From the NCBI GenBank assembly GCA_964016885.1, contig OZ024745.1:131874001-131938000 (forward strand): a stretch of 64,000 bases of DNA, written 5' to 3'. Below, one piece after another: positions 11,627-24,459 of the stretch. This DNA is from Eledone cirrhosa. Taxonomy: Eukaryota. The position numbers and the translations under genes are program-made. Under the pieces are notes generated by a model. That model was not told where the DNA came from and made no database searches. It saw only the letters and a list, made by a program, of their open reading frames with translations. Position 1 is the first letter of the stretch. Each line of letters begins with the position of its first letter.

Positions 11627-12956
11627 TGATGTGTAGAGGCTTCCACATTAAATATATGAGTGATTAAATCACAGAGTCATACTTCCCCAAATATTTTCAA
11701 TATATTGCTGACTATCCTTGATAGTCCAGCTACTTTGCTGGCTATCATATTCTTAATAGCCATTTTGATTCTTAAACTGTCAATTTTAATCATTGGTTAG
11801 GTCTACTTGAATTCCCTTTATTCAGCAACCTATCATAATAGCATTTCTCCTACCACTTAGCACCAGTAAAGATGGGTGCTCTGCTACAACAACACTATAA
11901 TTCAAACCAACACACAGCCTTACAATCCAAAACCTCACAGCTCAGATCCTCAAAATGCAGAACATGCAAACCACATACTTTTTACTTCTTTCCTTGTTAA
12001 AGTATACCTGACATTTAGATTCTCTTCTATCTTATATTGTTCCTTGTCCTTTCCATTTCTTCCATTCTTTACTGACCTGTCTTTTAGCTTTTATGACACT
12101 AGACAGCATACACCTCACCACACCATTGCACAAAAATATCACCTACCAACTAGCTGCCCTGTCCACAGATTTAGTCTGAGGTTTGCATCTCACTGAAACT
12201 CTGTCTTTTATGTCCTAAACCTCTATCACTTGCTCCTCCTCGACATATGTATCACTTTAGACTTTTTTAAAACCTATCTCAGGTAAAGGTGTCTTTCAGC
12301 TTTCATTCATTCTTCTCCAGATTGTCTGGTTTCTGGGTCTAGTTAGCTCTAATGTCATTAACCAGAAATCTATGTTGGGTGGTGCATTCTTCACCAGGAA
12401 AGACCTAGTATTCACAATCCTTTGTCAATCCCCTTTCCTGGTGATCATGGAGCATATCTGGTTTGTGTGTCCACCTGAGTGGCTGCTGATTAGATGACTG
12501 GCCAGTTTCTTGAGGCTTATGTTGCATATGTCTAAGAGTTCTAAGGAATCTGATACTTCTTCAGCATATGTACCATAACTATAATAAACATGTACATTTG
12601 AATAACTAACATGGTGTCCTGCATCTCTATTAAATTCACCAGCCATGTAGGAGATTACAAGAGGGTACCATAGTAATGGTATCACTGTTATTACTGTAGA
12701 TTACAAGAGGGTACCATAGAAATGGTACCACTGTTATTACTGTAGGAGATTACAAGAGGGTCCCACAGTAATGGTCCTTTTGCTCATCTGTCAATATTGG
12801 TTTTTGCTACATATATACAGACCATTGTTGCTGTTTGCTACATATGATAAGTCTAAACTATTCTGTCACATACTCAGACTACATCACTTAATTTCTCCCT
12901 TTCTCTGTCAACAATATACATACCCTACTAACTCCAATGCTGTTACCCCACACCAG

Positions 12957-13212
12957 CAGGGGCCTCGTTTGCCTTTAAAATGTGGGGGTGGGGGGACAAA
13001 TCAACATTTGTTGATTCTTAAAGGAGCATAAATTGCTTATGGTCCCTTTCCCGGACCCTATCACACAAGTAAAATTTTACACTAATTACATTTTATATAT
13101 TCAAATGAAGTTCAGATATAAAAAAAAATAAGCTTAAAAAGAATTTGAAAAAGTGTGAGTGTGGGGGGGGGGGGGGTATTGTCCCTGGTACCCCCCTGAA
13201 ACAAGGCCCTTG
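12957..13212. mobile_element. Possible hAT-like MITE
   Basis: Termini caggggcctcgttt and aaacaaggcccttg match 12/14 as an inverted pair. The 8-bp TSD is only weak. Confidence 0.4.
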
Positions 13213-13965
13213 TGCACAAGGCTTTCTTATCAGTGCTCCCAGTCATATGGATCATATGAGGACAAGTTAGGTAAGAAATAGCACCTAAGTTTTATATATT
13301 AATAGAAATTCCCCTTTTATAACGAAGTTAACAGTGGACTGAAGAGCAGTAAATCACTAAAAGCACGTAGACTTTACTGCTTGCCAAATCCTGTTCTGGG
13401 CCATTTTTAACTCTCAAAAGAAAATAATTTATAAAGACACATAAAGATTTATCTTGTAGTTGCTTTCATTTAATGAGGCAAAATATTATTTTTAGAATAA
13501 ACTTATGAATGTGAAATATATATATAAAGGTATATAGGTGTGAGTGTGGGGGAGGGGCATGGGGGCCAGAGGAAATTAAAAATCTAAAATAGAAATACAG
13601 TAAAAAAAGAAAACACATTCAACTCGACAAATTCTATAAAAGCAGCCCAATTTATCTTATTTGTTGCTGTTGTTGTTGAGAAGATGAACTAAGATCAGCA
13701 AATATTGTATGTTTTCATTAATTTTATCATATTTCAAAATGAGTTTTCTTACGTTTAAAAAAAACAACTATATATATATATAAAGAAAGGAAAGAAAACA
13801 ACAACAAAAACAAAACAATATTGGACATATTCCATTCATTCAACTACATTTTCTATACATATATGTGATTATATACATTCATACATACATGCATATCTGT
13901 TTTATATATATATATATATATATACATATATATATAAAACCATGATTTTACATCAGTTTTACAAG

Positions 13966-14033
<68 letters not shown>

Positions 14034-14709
14034 CACATATGAATGGAAAATGGATGTACAACTTGACATCTCTATATATACATTATACAAGTAACGAAGC
14101 CTGCATAAATGTGTATGTAAGCCTGCCTAATAGTATATGTATTCTATAGTCAGATATCCTTCCTAACAGGAATCCTTACTTTATTTTGTTATCCATTTAC
14201 CCTCTTCGGAAAAATCACTATGTTACCCCTTCACACGTATATAACACACACCCATGTCCACAGTAACCACCAAACACCTCCCATCTACATGTTTGCCATG
14301 GAAACAGCCACTATTGCCCATCTTATTCACCATTGATCATACCTAACTTAGAATAAAGTGTATTCTGTAGGGTTGATACCACAATAAATGACACTCAGTA
14401 CAGTACTTGGCAATACACAGGTAAATTGCCATCACATCAACTACATGACAATATCTATAGTGATGTGCCACAATAAAATGCTCCCAGTACATTCTCTAAA
14501 GTGACTGGAAGAGCATCTAGTTGTAAAACCCATGCCAAAAGGGTGTTCAGCCATACCAAGAACAAGACAACTTGTATAGTGTTGGAACCATAATAAAATA
14601 GGCCCATTCCACTCTGGCATTATAGATTATACAACCATAGAAACCATATAAAAAAATAATGGAAGTTTTGAATGAAATCTGGTTCACACACACACACACG
14701 CACGCACGC

Positions 14710-14752
<43 letters not shown>

Positions 14753-14870
14753 AATGAAAAATAAAATAAATAAAAATATGCCAAGTTTTTATAATTTCAT
14801 TCTAGCGAAAGCTAGCTGATTAAAAATATTTCTGGAGCAATGCCAGAATTCTGTGATAAATTTTGACCAA

Positions 14871-14906
<36 letters not shown>

Positions 14907-15001
14907 CAATATATATATGTATATATGCAAAAACTAAATGGAAACTACAGGGTAAAATGAAGAAATATATTAGTCTAATACTTGATATAGTAGGAAAAGA
15001 A

Positions 15002-15035
15002 TCTTGACATTTCAGACACAAACCCTTCATCAGAA
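15002..15035 (-). ncRNA. Degenerate minimal hammerhead ribozyme motif (Penelope-type)
   Basis: Minus strand reads ttCTGATGAagggtttgtgtctGAAAtGTCaaga. It is a paralogue of 15758-15793 and shares its flank. Confidence 0.45.
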
Positions 15036-15227
15036 ATATACATGTATATATATATATTTCATCATTATCATCATCACCACAAAAGGTCCATTTTTAAATG
15101 CTAGCATTGGCTCATATATATACATTATATATATATATATATACATATCAAAGGTATATATTGAGTTAGAAACTCAAATTTGAACACATATATGTATATG
15201 TTTGTGTTTATCTCTCTTATATATTCA

Positions 15228-15292
<65 letters not shown>

Positions 15293-15645
15293 ATAACAAA
15301 ACGGGTGTGTGTGTATATATATATATATATATAACAAAGCAAGTGTGGTGAGATACCAGGTGGACTATAACGCACCAGAGTACTCAATACTTAGGGTAGC
15401 AGAGTGAGTATATACCCTACCAGCAACATACAATGTGACATGACCTCCCCTTCCACTCCCTAACAGTTATTTCCAACATCGCTACCCCCTCTCCGCCTCC
15501 CTAGTGGTGGAACATGTGACTATACATAAGCAAGACAGAGATTCCTAGCCTAACAGGGAGATCAGTGGTTCCGCTTCAGTACTGATCTTTCCAACACTAA
15601 CAGGGAACGCGGACGTTAAAATGACGATAACAATGATGATGATGA

Positions 15646-15679
<34 letters not shown>

Positions 15680-15682
<3 letters not shown>

Positions 15683-16200
15683 AAAGGTAAACAACACAAT
15701 TGGTACAGTATATGGAAGGTATATATTAGGTTAACGCTTGATATAGCAGGAAGAGGGTCTTGACGTTTCAGACGCTAGTCCTTCATCAGAAGAAAGAATG
15801 AGAGATAAAATAGATTGAGGGGACGGGTGGGGTGGAATTGGAAAAAATGTCTTTAGATAAAAATAATAGGTCCATTCATGTTGACATATGGGAAAAAAAA
15901 TCAAGGCTATTGAAGTACTACATTATAATCACATATTCTGTTTTATATATTTACAGACAGACATATATCTATGACACAGGCAGATATATATACGTATATC
16001 AAAATAGGAGACATATATCAATGCTTAGAGATATGATGTTAAATGTTATAGTGGAGTTAATATATAACGAGAGTTAAGTGCAGAAGATATTCAGAGTGGG
16101 TTTAATGAGAAATATATGGAGGAGAAAGCAATTTAAAAACAAAATTTAATTCTTACAGTGTTTCGTCTTCAAGTACATTTACAATAGAGTAGGTAAACAT
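15680..16200 (-). mobile_element. Penelope-like element 3' relic
   Basis: Minus strand LHIFLIKPTLN (KPTLN at 16089-16103) resembles the GIY-YIG C-terminal KPxLN. A hammerhead motif follows about 300 nt downstream. The relic is bounded by (TA)n. Confidence 0.55.
15758..15793 (-). ncRNA. Minimal type-I hammerhead ribozyme motif (Penelope-type)
   Basis: Minus strand reads tctt-CTGATGA-a-ggac-tagc-gtct-GAAAC-GTC-aaga: intact core, stem I tctt/aaga, a 4-bp stem II and a palindromic ACGT stem III. Confidence 0.72.
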
Positions 16201-16696
16201 ATATATATGTATATATACATATATATGTATATATTCCACAGTAGAGATACACTTATAAGACTCATCAACAAAAGTTTTTGTCCTTAAAGATATCACATAT
16301 ATTTCTGATTATAAATATAGAAGGCAACTCAGGAAACTGGGATAACTCCGATATAAAACCTGCGGCTCAGTAGTTACCGGTGATGTTGATATTTTCTTCT
16401 TTTTGGGTTATAGCTACTGTCGCTCAGAGAGTGGGATTGGCTCAGTGCACAGTCTTTCCTCACTTTAAAAAATATCTTCACGCACAGGCATTGCTCGATA
16501 TAATTAATAATTGTTAATAATGGTATATTGTGCAATGGCCATACTCGATAACGAGGGGGCAACCATCATATATATATATATATATACAATATACATACAT
16601 ACAGACAGTCATATATATATATATATATATTTGAAAAAAAGGAAAAGAATGACTTCACTTATAGTGTTAAAACATTTTTTATTTAATTTTATAATT

Positions 16697-16879
16697 GTTT
16701 CTACTTTTTGGCACAAGGCCAGCAAATACCCAGTGTATTACTGGTACTTTATTATATCGACCCTGTAAGGGTGAAAGGCAAAGTTAACCTCGGCAAGATT
16801 TGAACTCAGACCATAAGGGACCGTAACTCTTTGCTGCAAAGCATGGCGTCCGACCCTCTACCGATACTGCCAATCCACC
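16697..16879 (-). mobile_element. SINE family A, full length with TSD
   Basis: Family A sequence flanked by the 19-bp duplication tttatttaattttataatt (16678-16696 and 16880-16898). Confidence 0.9.
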
Positions 16880-16893
16880 TTTATTTAATTTTA

Positions 16894-16949
16894 TAATTTT
16901 ATAATATTATGAGTTGGTGGATCTACCAACTCATAATATTATAAAATTA
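16894..16949. repeat. 56-bp loopless palindrome with one mismatch
   Basis: taattttataatattatgagttggtgga|tctaccaactcataatattataaaatta. Confidence 0.92.
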
Positions 16950-17102
16950 AATCAAAATTTTTTTAACACTATAAGTGAAGTCATTCTTTTCCTTTTTTTC
17001 AAATATACCTAACTGTACCAAGGATCTCACACATTTTCCAATATATATATATATATATACATATACATACATACAGATAGTCATACATATACATACAGAC
17101 AG

Positions 17103-17148
<46 letters not shown>

Positions 17149-17683
17149 CACTGCTTATGTTGCTTGTGAAAATGTTGGTTAACGTTCCACATGAGCTGTT
17201 AGATGCTGTAAATGTCAATATAGTCATTCTGACATCTATATATTGTACATGGGCCTTGTATCACATCTTCTTCCCCTCCTCTTTCCCCCACTCTCTAATA
17301 TTGTCAGATGGGAATGAAGAGTTGAACAATCTATCAATGTCAGTCATTATCACCCTTTCCAACACTTGAAATATTTATTTTCTTTTTATTCCTCTTGTAA
17401 CATCTATTGTTCAAAGCCACAGTTGTTGTTTATAACCTTAAGTTATTGTAGACATATGATGAAAACAATTCTGTTTATGCCCACTTGATACCCACTTTTA
17501 TTCAGACAGTATATTTAGGACTATATTATTCAATGATTGCTTTTCTTAAGACAGTTGCATATGATTTGAAAGAAATTTGGCTGCCATTTCTTGTCAGCTG
17601 GCTCAGCAGCCTCCTTCATTACTTAGTTTTCTATGCTAAAATAAACCCTTTGGACACTAATCAACAATTAATATATTGCTTTC

Positions 17684-17875
17684 CAGAGGGTGGTGAATTG
17701 GCAGTATCGGTAGAGGGTCGGACGCCATGCTTTGAAGCAAAGAGTTACGGCCCTTTATGGTCTGAGTTCAAATCCCGCCGAGGTTAACTTTGCCTTTCCT
17801 CCTTACGGGGTCGATAAAATAAAGTACCAGTAATACACTGGGATAATTGCTGGCCTTGTGCCAAAAGTAGAAACA
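17684..17875 (+). mobile_element. SINE family A, young copy with TSD
   Basis: CpG-retaining full copy. TSD aatatattgctttc at 17670-17683 and 17876-17889. Confidence 0.92.
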
Positions 17876-17883
17876 AATATATT

Positions 17884-18095
17884 GCTTTCTGATTTAGGCA
17901 CAAGGCCAGCAAATTTGAGGGAGGTGAAGTCAATGAAATTAACCCCAGTGCATTACTGGTACTTTATTTTATTGACCACGTAAAAATGAAAGGCAAAGCT
18001 AACCTTGGCGGGTTTTGAACTCAGAATGTAAAGAGCCATAACTCTACGCTATAATGTTGTCCGATGCTCTACCTTACTGCCAATCCACCGCCCTT
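17884..18095 (-). mobile_element. SINE family A (longer subfamily), host of the preceding insertion
   Basis: Reverse-complement family A. Outer TSD aacaattaatatatt at 17663-17677 and 18096-18110. Confidence 0.9.
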
Positions 18096-18415
18096 AACAA
18101 TTAATATATTAAAATAAAAATTGTAATTACCTTGCACAAAAATAAATTAAGCAATTAAAAAGTAAAGAAAAAAGTGAAAGTGGGGCAGTTGAAATTAAAA
18201 ACATTTTATTTCCTAAAATATGAAAAGTTATCCCCAATTCTGAAAACAAATGTTGGTCAAGCTATGTGAAGAAACCTTTATGTGGTTACATGATATGCTA
18301 GAAATAACAGTTTTGAACTCATACCTTGTTATCTTAAAAGGATAATGTCACATTGCATAATGTCTGTCTGGCTCAAGAAACTGGTTCAACTCAGAATTTA
18401 TAGCTGAGAAAGTGG

Positions 18416-18638
18416 TTAACCCATTTAAACTGTCAATATCTAGCCAGAATTCTTTCACCTCTTTCTGTTTGAATTGGCCATAACTGATTGCTCATACTTA
18501 TGTTAAGGCATTGTTCTCAAAGTAAATAACATCAAAATCTCAAAGATTCAATATTATGTGAGATAATTATGTGAAATAAAGCCTTTTCTGTGAAAATACA
18601 ATAGTAAATATAGAGTAATGAGAATGCTAAAGGGTTAA
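18416..18638. mobile_element. piggyBac-type MITE (TTAA-CCC...GGG-TTAA)
   Basis: ttaacccatttaaac ... aatgctaaagggttaa. A related left end is near 49306 (ttaatcctttagcattcaaac). Confidence 0.65.
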
Positions 18639-19313
18639 GAGTATATATATGTAACTCCTGGTAAAGAGTCATACAGGAATTATATTGACATACAGTGTTT
18701 CTTGAGGATTTCAAACCTGCTGGAACCCAATCCTTTTTCAGATTTGAACATTGCTGATTTCTTCCAGAGAAGGAGAGATAGATTGATAGAGAGAGGAAGT
18801 GAGAAAGAAATACAGAGTTGTGTATGAGCAAGAAATAATCACCTCATCTGACTTGTCTCACAACAGGACAACTCATCTAATCCATGCTATCGTGGAAAAA
18901 TGGACATTAAACGGTGATGAGGATGAAACAACCCTAATATTGGACTGATACTTATTTATCGACCCTAGAAAGGAAGAAAGGTAAACTTAACCTTGAAGGA
19001 ATTTTACCTCAGAATACAGACAGCTAGAATGAACAGCACAACACATCTATCTGACAATAGTTCTAACAATCTGTCATGTATTGGTTTGGAGTATAACACT
19101 TTAAAACTAGCTAGAACAACAGTGTGAGGTGTGTTTGTAAAGAAGGAGCCAATTTGCTGTTGTTTAGAGAATGCTAGGTGTTGAACAAAAAGTATTAGTG
19201 TAGCTGATCAGAAATAAAACAAAAGGATTTGCTAATTAAATATGATTAACAGGATAAAATAAAATTGATTACAATGGAAATCAATAATCCAGAAAAATAC
19301 CCAATCAAAAATA

Positions 19314-19770
19314 GCTGCTGCTGCTACTACTACTACTACTACTACTACTACTGCTGCTACTGCTACTACTACTACTACCACTGCTGCTGATACTACTACT
19401 GCTATTGCTACTCCTGCTACTACTACTACTACTGCTACTACTACTGCTGCTGATACTACTACTACTACTACTACTACCACTACTGCTGCTACTAGTACTA
19501 CCACTGCTGCTGCTACTACTACCACTGCTGCTGCTACTACTACTACTACTACTACTGCTGCTACTACTACAACCACTGCTGCTGCTACTACTACCACTAC
19601 TGCTACTACTACTACCACCACTGCTGCTGCTACTACTACTACCACCACTACTACTACTACTACTACCACTGCTGCTGCTACTACTACTACTGCTGCTACT
19701 ACTACTACCACCGTAACTGCTGCTACTACTACTGCTAATAATAATAACAACAGTAGTAGCAATAGTAATG
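19314..19770. repeat. Compound (TAC/TGC/CAC)n trinucleotide microsatellite
   Basis: Direct reading. It continues from the tail of the adjacent SINE. Confidence 0.97.
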
Positions 19771-19775
19771 ATAAT

Positions 19776-19970
19776 TATAATTGTTTCTACTTTTGGCACA
19801 AGGCCAGCAATTACCCAGTGTATTACTGGTACTTTATTTTATTGACCTCGTAAGGAAGAAAGGCAAAGTTAACCTCGGTGGGATTTGAACTCAGACCATA
19901 AAGGGCCGTAACTCTTTGCTGCAAAGCATGGCGTCCGACCCTCTACCTATACTGCCAATCCACCACCCTA
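19776..19970 (-). mobile_element. SINE family A whose 5' head seeds the adjacent minisatellite
   Basis: Family A minus-strand sequence ending catggcgtccgaccctctacctatactgccaatccaccaccc. Confidence 0.9.
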
Positions 19971-21663
19971 GCATGGAGTCAGACCCTCTACCAATACTAC
20001 CAATCCACCACCCTACCATGGTGTCAGACCCTCTACCAATACTACCAATCCACCACCCTACCATGGTGTCAGACCCCCTACCAATACTACCAATCCACCA
20101 CCTAACATGGTGTCAGACCCTCTACCTATACTACCAACCACCACCCTAGCATGGTGTCAGACCTCCTACCAATACTGCCAATCCACCACCTAACATGGTG
20201 TCAGACCCTCTACCAATACTACCAATCCACCACCCTACCATGGTGTCAGACCCCCTACCAATACTACCAATCCACCACCTAACATGGTGTCAGACCCTCT
20301 ACCTATACTACCAACCACCACCCTAGCATGGTGTCAGACCTCCTACCAATACTGCCAATCCACCACCTACCATGGTGTCAGACCCTCTACCAATACTACC
20401 AACCACCACCCTACCATGGTGTCAGACCCTCTACCAATACTACCAATCCACCACCTAACATGGTGTCAGACCCTCTACCAATACTACCAATCCACCACCT
20501 AACATGGTGTCAGACCCTCTACCAATACTACCAATCCACCACCTAACATGGTGTCAGACCCTCTACCAATACTGTCAATCCACCACCCTACCATGGTGTC
20601 AGACCCTCTACCAATACTGTCAATCCACCACCCTACCATGGTGTCAGACCCTCTACCAATACTACCAATCCACCACCTAACATGGTGTCAGACCCTCTAC
20701 CAATACTACCAATCCACCACCCTAGCATGGTGTCAGACCCTCTACCAATACTACCAATCCACCACCCTACCATGGTGTCAGACCCTCTACCAATACTACC
20801 AATCCACCACCCTACCATGGTGTCAGACCCTCTACCAATACTACCAATCCACCACCCTACCATGGTGTCAGACCCTCTACCAATACTACCAATCCACCAC
20901 CCTACCATGGTGTCAGACCCTCTACCAATACTACCAATCCACCACCCTACCATGGTGTCAGACCCTCTACCAATACTACCAATCCACCACCCTACCATGG
21001 TGTCAGACCCTCTACCAATACTACCAATCCACCACCCTAGCATGGTGTCAGACCCTCTACCAATACTACCAATCCACCACCCTAGCATGGTGTCAGACCC
21101 TCTACCAATACTACCAATCCACCACCCTACCATGGTGTCAGACCCTCTACCAATACTACCAATCCACCACCCTACCATGGTGTCAGACCCTCTACCAATA
21201 CTGTCAATCCACCACCCTAGCATGGTGTCAGACCCTCTACCAATACTACCAATCCACCACCCTAGCATGGTGTCAGACCCTCTACCAATACTACCAATCC
21301 ACCACCCTACCATGGTGTCAGACCCTCTACCAATACTACCAATCCACCACCTAACATGGTGTCAGACCCTCTACCAATACTACCAATCCACCACCCTAGC
21401 ATGGTGTCAGACCCTCTACCAATACTACCAATCCACCACCCTAGCATGGTGTCAGACCCTCTACCAATACTACCAATCCACCACCCTACCATGGTGTCAG
21501 ACCCTCTACCAATACTACCAATCCACCACCTAACATGGTGTCAGACCCTCTACCAATACTACCAATCCACCACCTAACATGGTGTCAGACCCTCTACCAA
21601 TACTACCAATCCACCACCTAACATGGTGTCAGACCCCCTACCTATACTACCAATCCACCACCC
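19927..21663. repeat. 44/45-bp minisatellite, about 39 copies, derived from a SINE tRNA head
   Basis: Unit catggtgtcagaccctctaccaatactaccaatccaccaccctac. The first unit is the SINE 5' end. Confidence 0.97.
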
Positions 21664-21696
21664 TTGGTTTCTGATTTAGGCAGAAGGCCAGATATT

Positions 21697-22196
21697 AGTG
21701 GTGGTGGTGGTGGTGGTAGTAGTGGTGGTGGTGGTGGTAGTAGTGGTGGTAGTGGTGGTGGTGGTAGTGGTGGTGGTGGTGGTAGTAGTAGTGGTGGTAG
21801 TAGTAGTGCTGGTGGTAGTGGTAGTGATGGTGGTGGTGGTAGAGGTAGTAGTGGTGGTGGTGGTGGTGGTAGTAGTAGTGGTAGTAGTGGTGGTGGTGGT
21901 CGTGGTAGTAGTGGTGGTGGTGGTTGTTGTGGTGGTAGTGGTAGTAGTAGTCTGGTAGCTGTGGTGGTGGCAGTAGTGGTGGTGGTGGTGGTGGTGGTAG
22001 TGGTGGTGGTGGTGGTAGTGGTGATAGCAGTAGTAGTGGCAGTAGTGGTGGTGGTGGTGGTAGTGGTGGTGGTGGTGGTAGTGGTGATAGCAGTAGTAGT
22101 GGCAGTAGTGGTGGTAGCTGTGGTGGTGGCAGTAGTGGTGGTGGTAGTGGTGGTAGCAGTAGTGGTGGTGATAATAGTAGTAGTGGTGGTGGCAAC

Positions 22197-22236
<40 letters not shown>
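21697..22236. repeat. (GGT/AGT)n compound microsatellite
   Basis: Direct reading. Confidence 0.97.
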
Positions 22237-22398
22237 ATGGTTTCTTTTATGATAAACCAACAAACATAGACATGTTTTGAATTAAATTTAACCATTTGAA
22301 ATTCTTGTCTGGTAATTATTGAACTCCAAAGAACTGTCATAGTTCCACCATTACAGACTTCCTCAGTTGTTACAGACTTCAGGGATCTCCAAAGAATT

Positions 22399-22650
22399 GG
22401 TGTGAGTGTATGTGTTGGTCTGTGAGTGTATGTATGTTGGTGTGTGTGTGTGTATGTATGTTGGTGTGTGTGTGTATGTGTTGGTGTGTGTGTGTATGTA
22501 TGTTGGTCTGTGTGTGTATGTGTTGGTCTGTGAGTGTATGTATGTGTGCCTGTGAGTGTATGTATGTTGGTGTGTGTGTGTGTGTATGTATGTTGGTCTG
22601 CGTGTGTATGTGTTGGTGTGTGAGTGTATGTATGTGTCTGTGTGTGTATT
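22399..22650. repeat. GT/GTAT-rich complex microsatellite
   Basis: Recurrent gtgtatgtatgttggt motif. Confidence 0.9.
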
Positions 22651-22682
22651 TATCCGTATAATTGTGTTTGTTGTTATTGTGA

Positions 22683-22975
22683 AGGTGTGTGGCTCTGTGG
22701 TTAGGGTATTTGGCTTACATTTGTAAGGTTGTGAGTTCAATTCCCAGTCGTACATTGTGTCCTTGAGCAAGACACTTTATTTCACATTGCCACTCAGCTG
22801 GCAAAAATGAGTTATACCTATAATTCAAATGACCAGCTGAGTCACATTTTGTGTCACACTGAATCTCCCTCAGAACTACATTAAGGGTACACGTGTCTGT
22901 GGCATGCTCAGTCACTTGCATGTTAATTTCCCGAGCAGGCTGTTCCATTGATCAGATCGTCTGGAACACTCGACT
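22683..22975 (+). mobile_element. tRNA/CORE-like SINE with a different 3' tail
   Basis: tggctctgtggttaggg...gagttcaattccc...tgtgtccttgagcaagacactttatttcacattg, then a tail unrelated to that of 6821-7166. Confidence 0.8.
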
Positions 22976-23731
22976 GAGTGCCTCATGTTTACACGAGACT
23001 CTCAGTCAGTCTATTTGGCTAGTTGTTGTTTGGTCATCTACCCAGACAAATGACCTGGTATCAGATGTGGCATTTTGCCTACTGTCACCCAACAGATGCC
23101 CAGTAAAGCTACCCTTCGTCTTATAGTTTTGAAGTGGTTAGTGGTCTTGTCATTTTACCATGAATTTTGTCTTTCTTAACTAACATGTACATAGAATAGT
23201 GTTGGTGGTTCTCTCACTCTCACTCTCTCTCTCTCTCTCTAATCAGGCAAGGAGTTACTCATTGTTTTGTTGTGAATTTTCATTTTAATCATCAATTATT
23301 CTAAACTCAATTCAAAAACAGATCTTTTCAAATAAATCAATAACTAAAATATGCCTGTGTCTTTACCCGTTTCTCAGTCTATTTCAATGTCAAAATCAGC
23401 AGCTTAAACTTTTCGATTTGAAGAATAGTCTTTTGTCTCCTTTTGATATCTGCACAAGTTTTATTTATCGTACCGAATAAAGTGTTATTTCCTACCCTTA
23501 GGTGAATTTGAACTGATGTAAATTTATTTCAATTGATTCAATGAAAGAACATTAGAATGTAGAAACTATCATTAGTAATGTTTAAATCATGTTTAACAGT
23601 AGCATGTCTTTCTTGCACAAAATAGTTTGTTGTCTTCATTGACTGAAGCATGATAAAGATGCTTCATCTTAAAAAAGAAAAAAAAAAAGATTTATTTTCT
23701 TTAAATGTGACAGTGCATCCTTTTAATACAG

Positions 23732-23788
23732 ATCTCCGGATGGTGAAGTTGACAATAAGAACAAGAATAGACAAAATGTCATACATAA
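23732..23788 (+). CDS. Candidate 57-nt symmetric coding exon of an unidentified host gene
   Basis: ccttttaatacAG| ... |GTaaat, open in phase 2 as SPDGEVDNKNKNRQNVIH, within apparently unique sequence. No homology recognised. Confidence 0.25.
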
Positions 23789-23888
23789 GTAAATATTTGT
23801 CTCCAAGGAAAATAATTATAGTATTTTGAAAGGATTTTAATTTAACTTCTGCTAGTGTAATAAATAACCAGCATATGTGAGATATAGT

Positions 23889-24027
23889 GGAAGTGAGTAG
23901 CCTAGTGGTAAGGGTGTTGGAATTACAATCACGATGTCATGGGTTTCATTTCTGGGTTGGGTTGTGTTCTTGAGCAAAACACTTCATTTTACGTTGCTCC
24001 AGTATACTCGGCTGAAAATGGGTACCA
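23889..24027 (+). mobile_element. tRNA/CORE-like SINE head fragment
   Basis: tagcctagtggtaaggg...gtgttcttgagcaaaacacttcattttacgttgctccag...aaaatgggtacc. Confidence 0.7.
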
Positions 24028-24262
24028 ATGGTTGTGATGGTGGTGGTGATGTTGGCGGTGGCAGTGGGGGTGATGGTGGTGGTGGTGATGGTGTTGATTG
24101 TATGATGGTGATGGTGTTGGTGGTGATGATGATGAAGGGGATGATGGTGGTGGTGATGATAATGATGATGGTGGTGATGATGATGGTGATGATGATGGTG
24201 ATGATGATGGTGGTGGTGGTGGTGTTTGTTGTAGGATGATGATGATATGATGGTGATGATGA
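24028..24262. repeat. (GAT/GGT)n microsatellite
   Basis: Direct reading. Confidence 0.95.
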
Positions 24263-24459
24263 TTTAGGCAAAAGGCCAACAATTTTAGGGGAAGAGAAGG
24301 TCAATGAAATTGACTCCAGTACATTACTGGCACTTTATTTTATAGACCCTGAAAAGATGAAAGGCAAAGTAGATGGATTTGAACTGAGGACATAAAGAGC
24401 CAGAATAAATGGCACACAGCATTTACCCCGATACTCTAATGATTCTACCAATAATAATA

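Noticed and set aside
19232-22340. Many poly-V/S/L/G/T and MVSDPLPILPIHHP ORFs
   Set aside because: These are translations of trinucleotide microsatellites and the SINE-head array.
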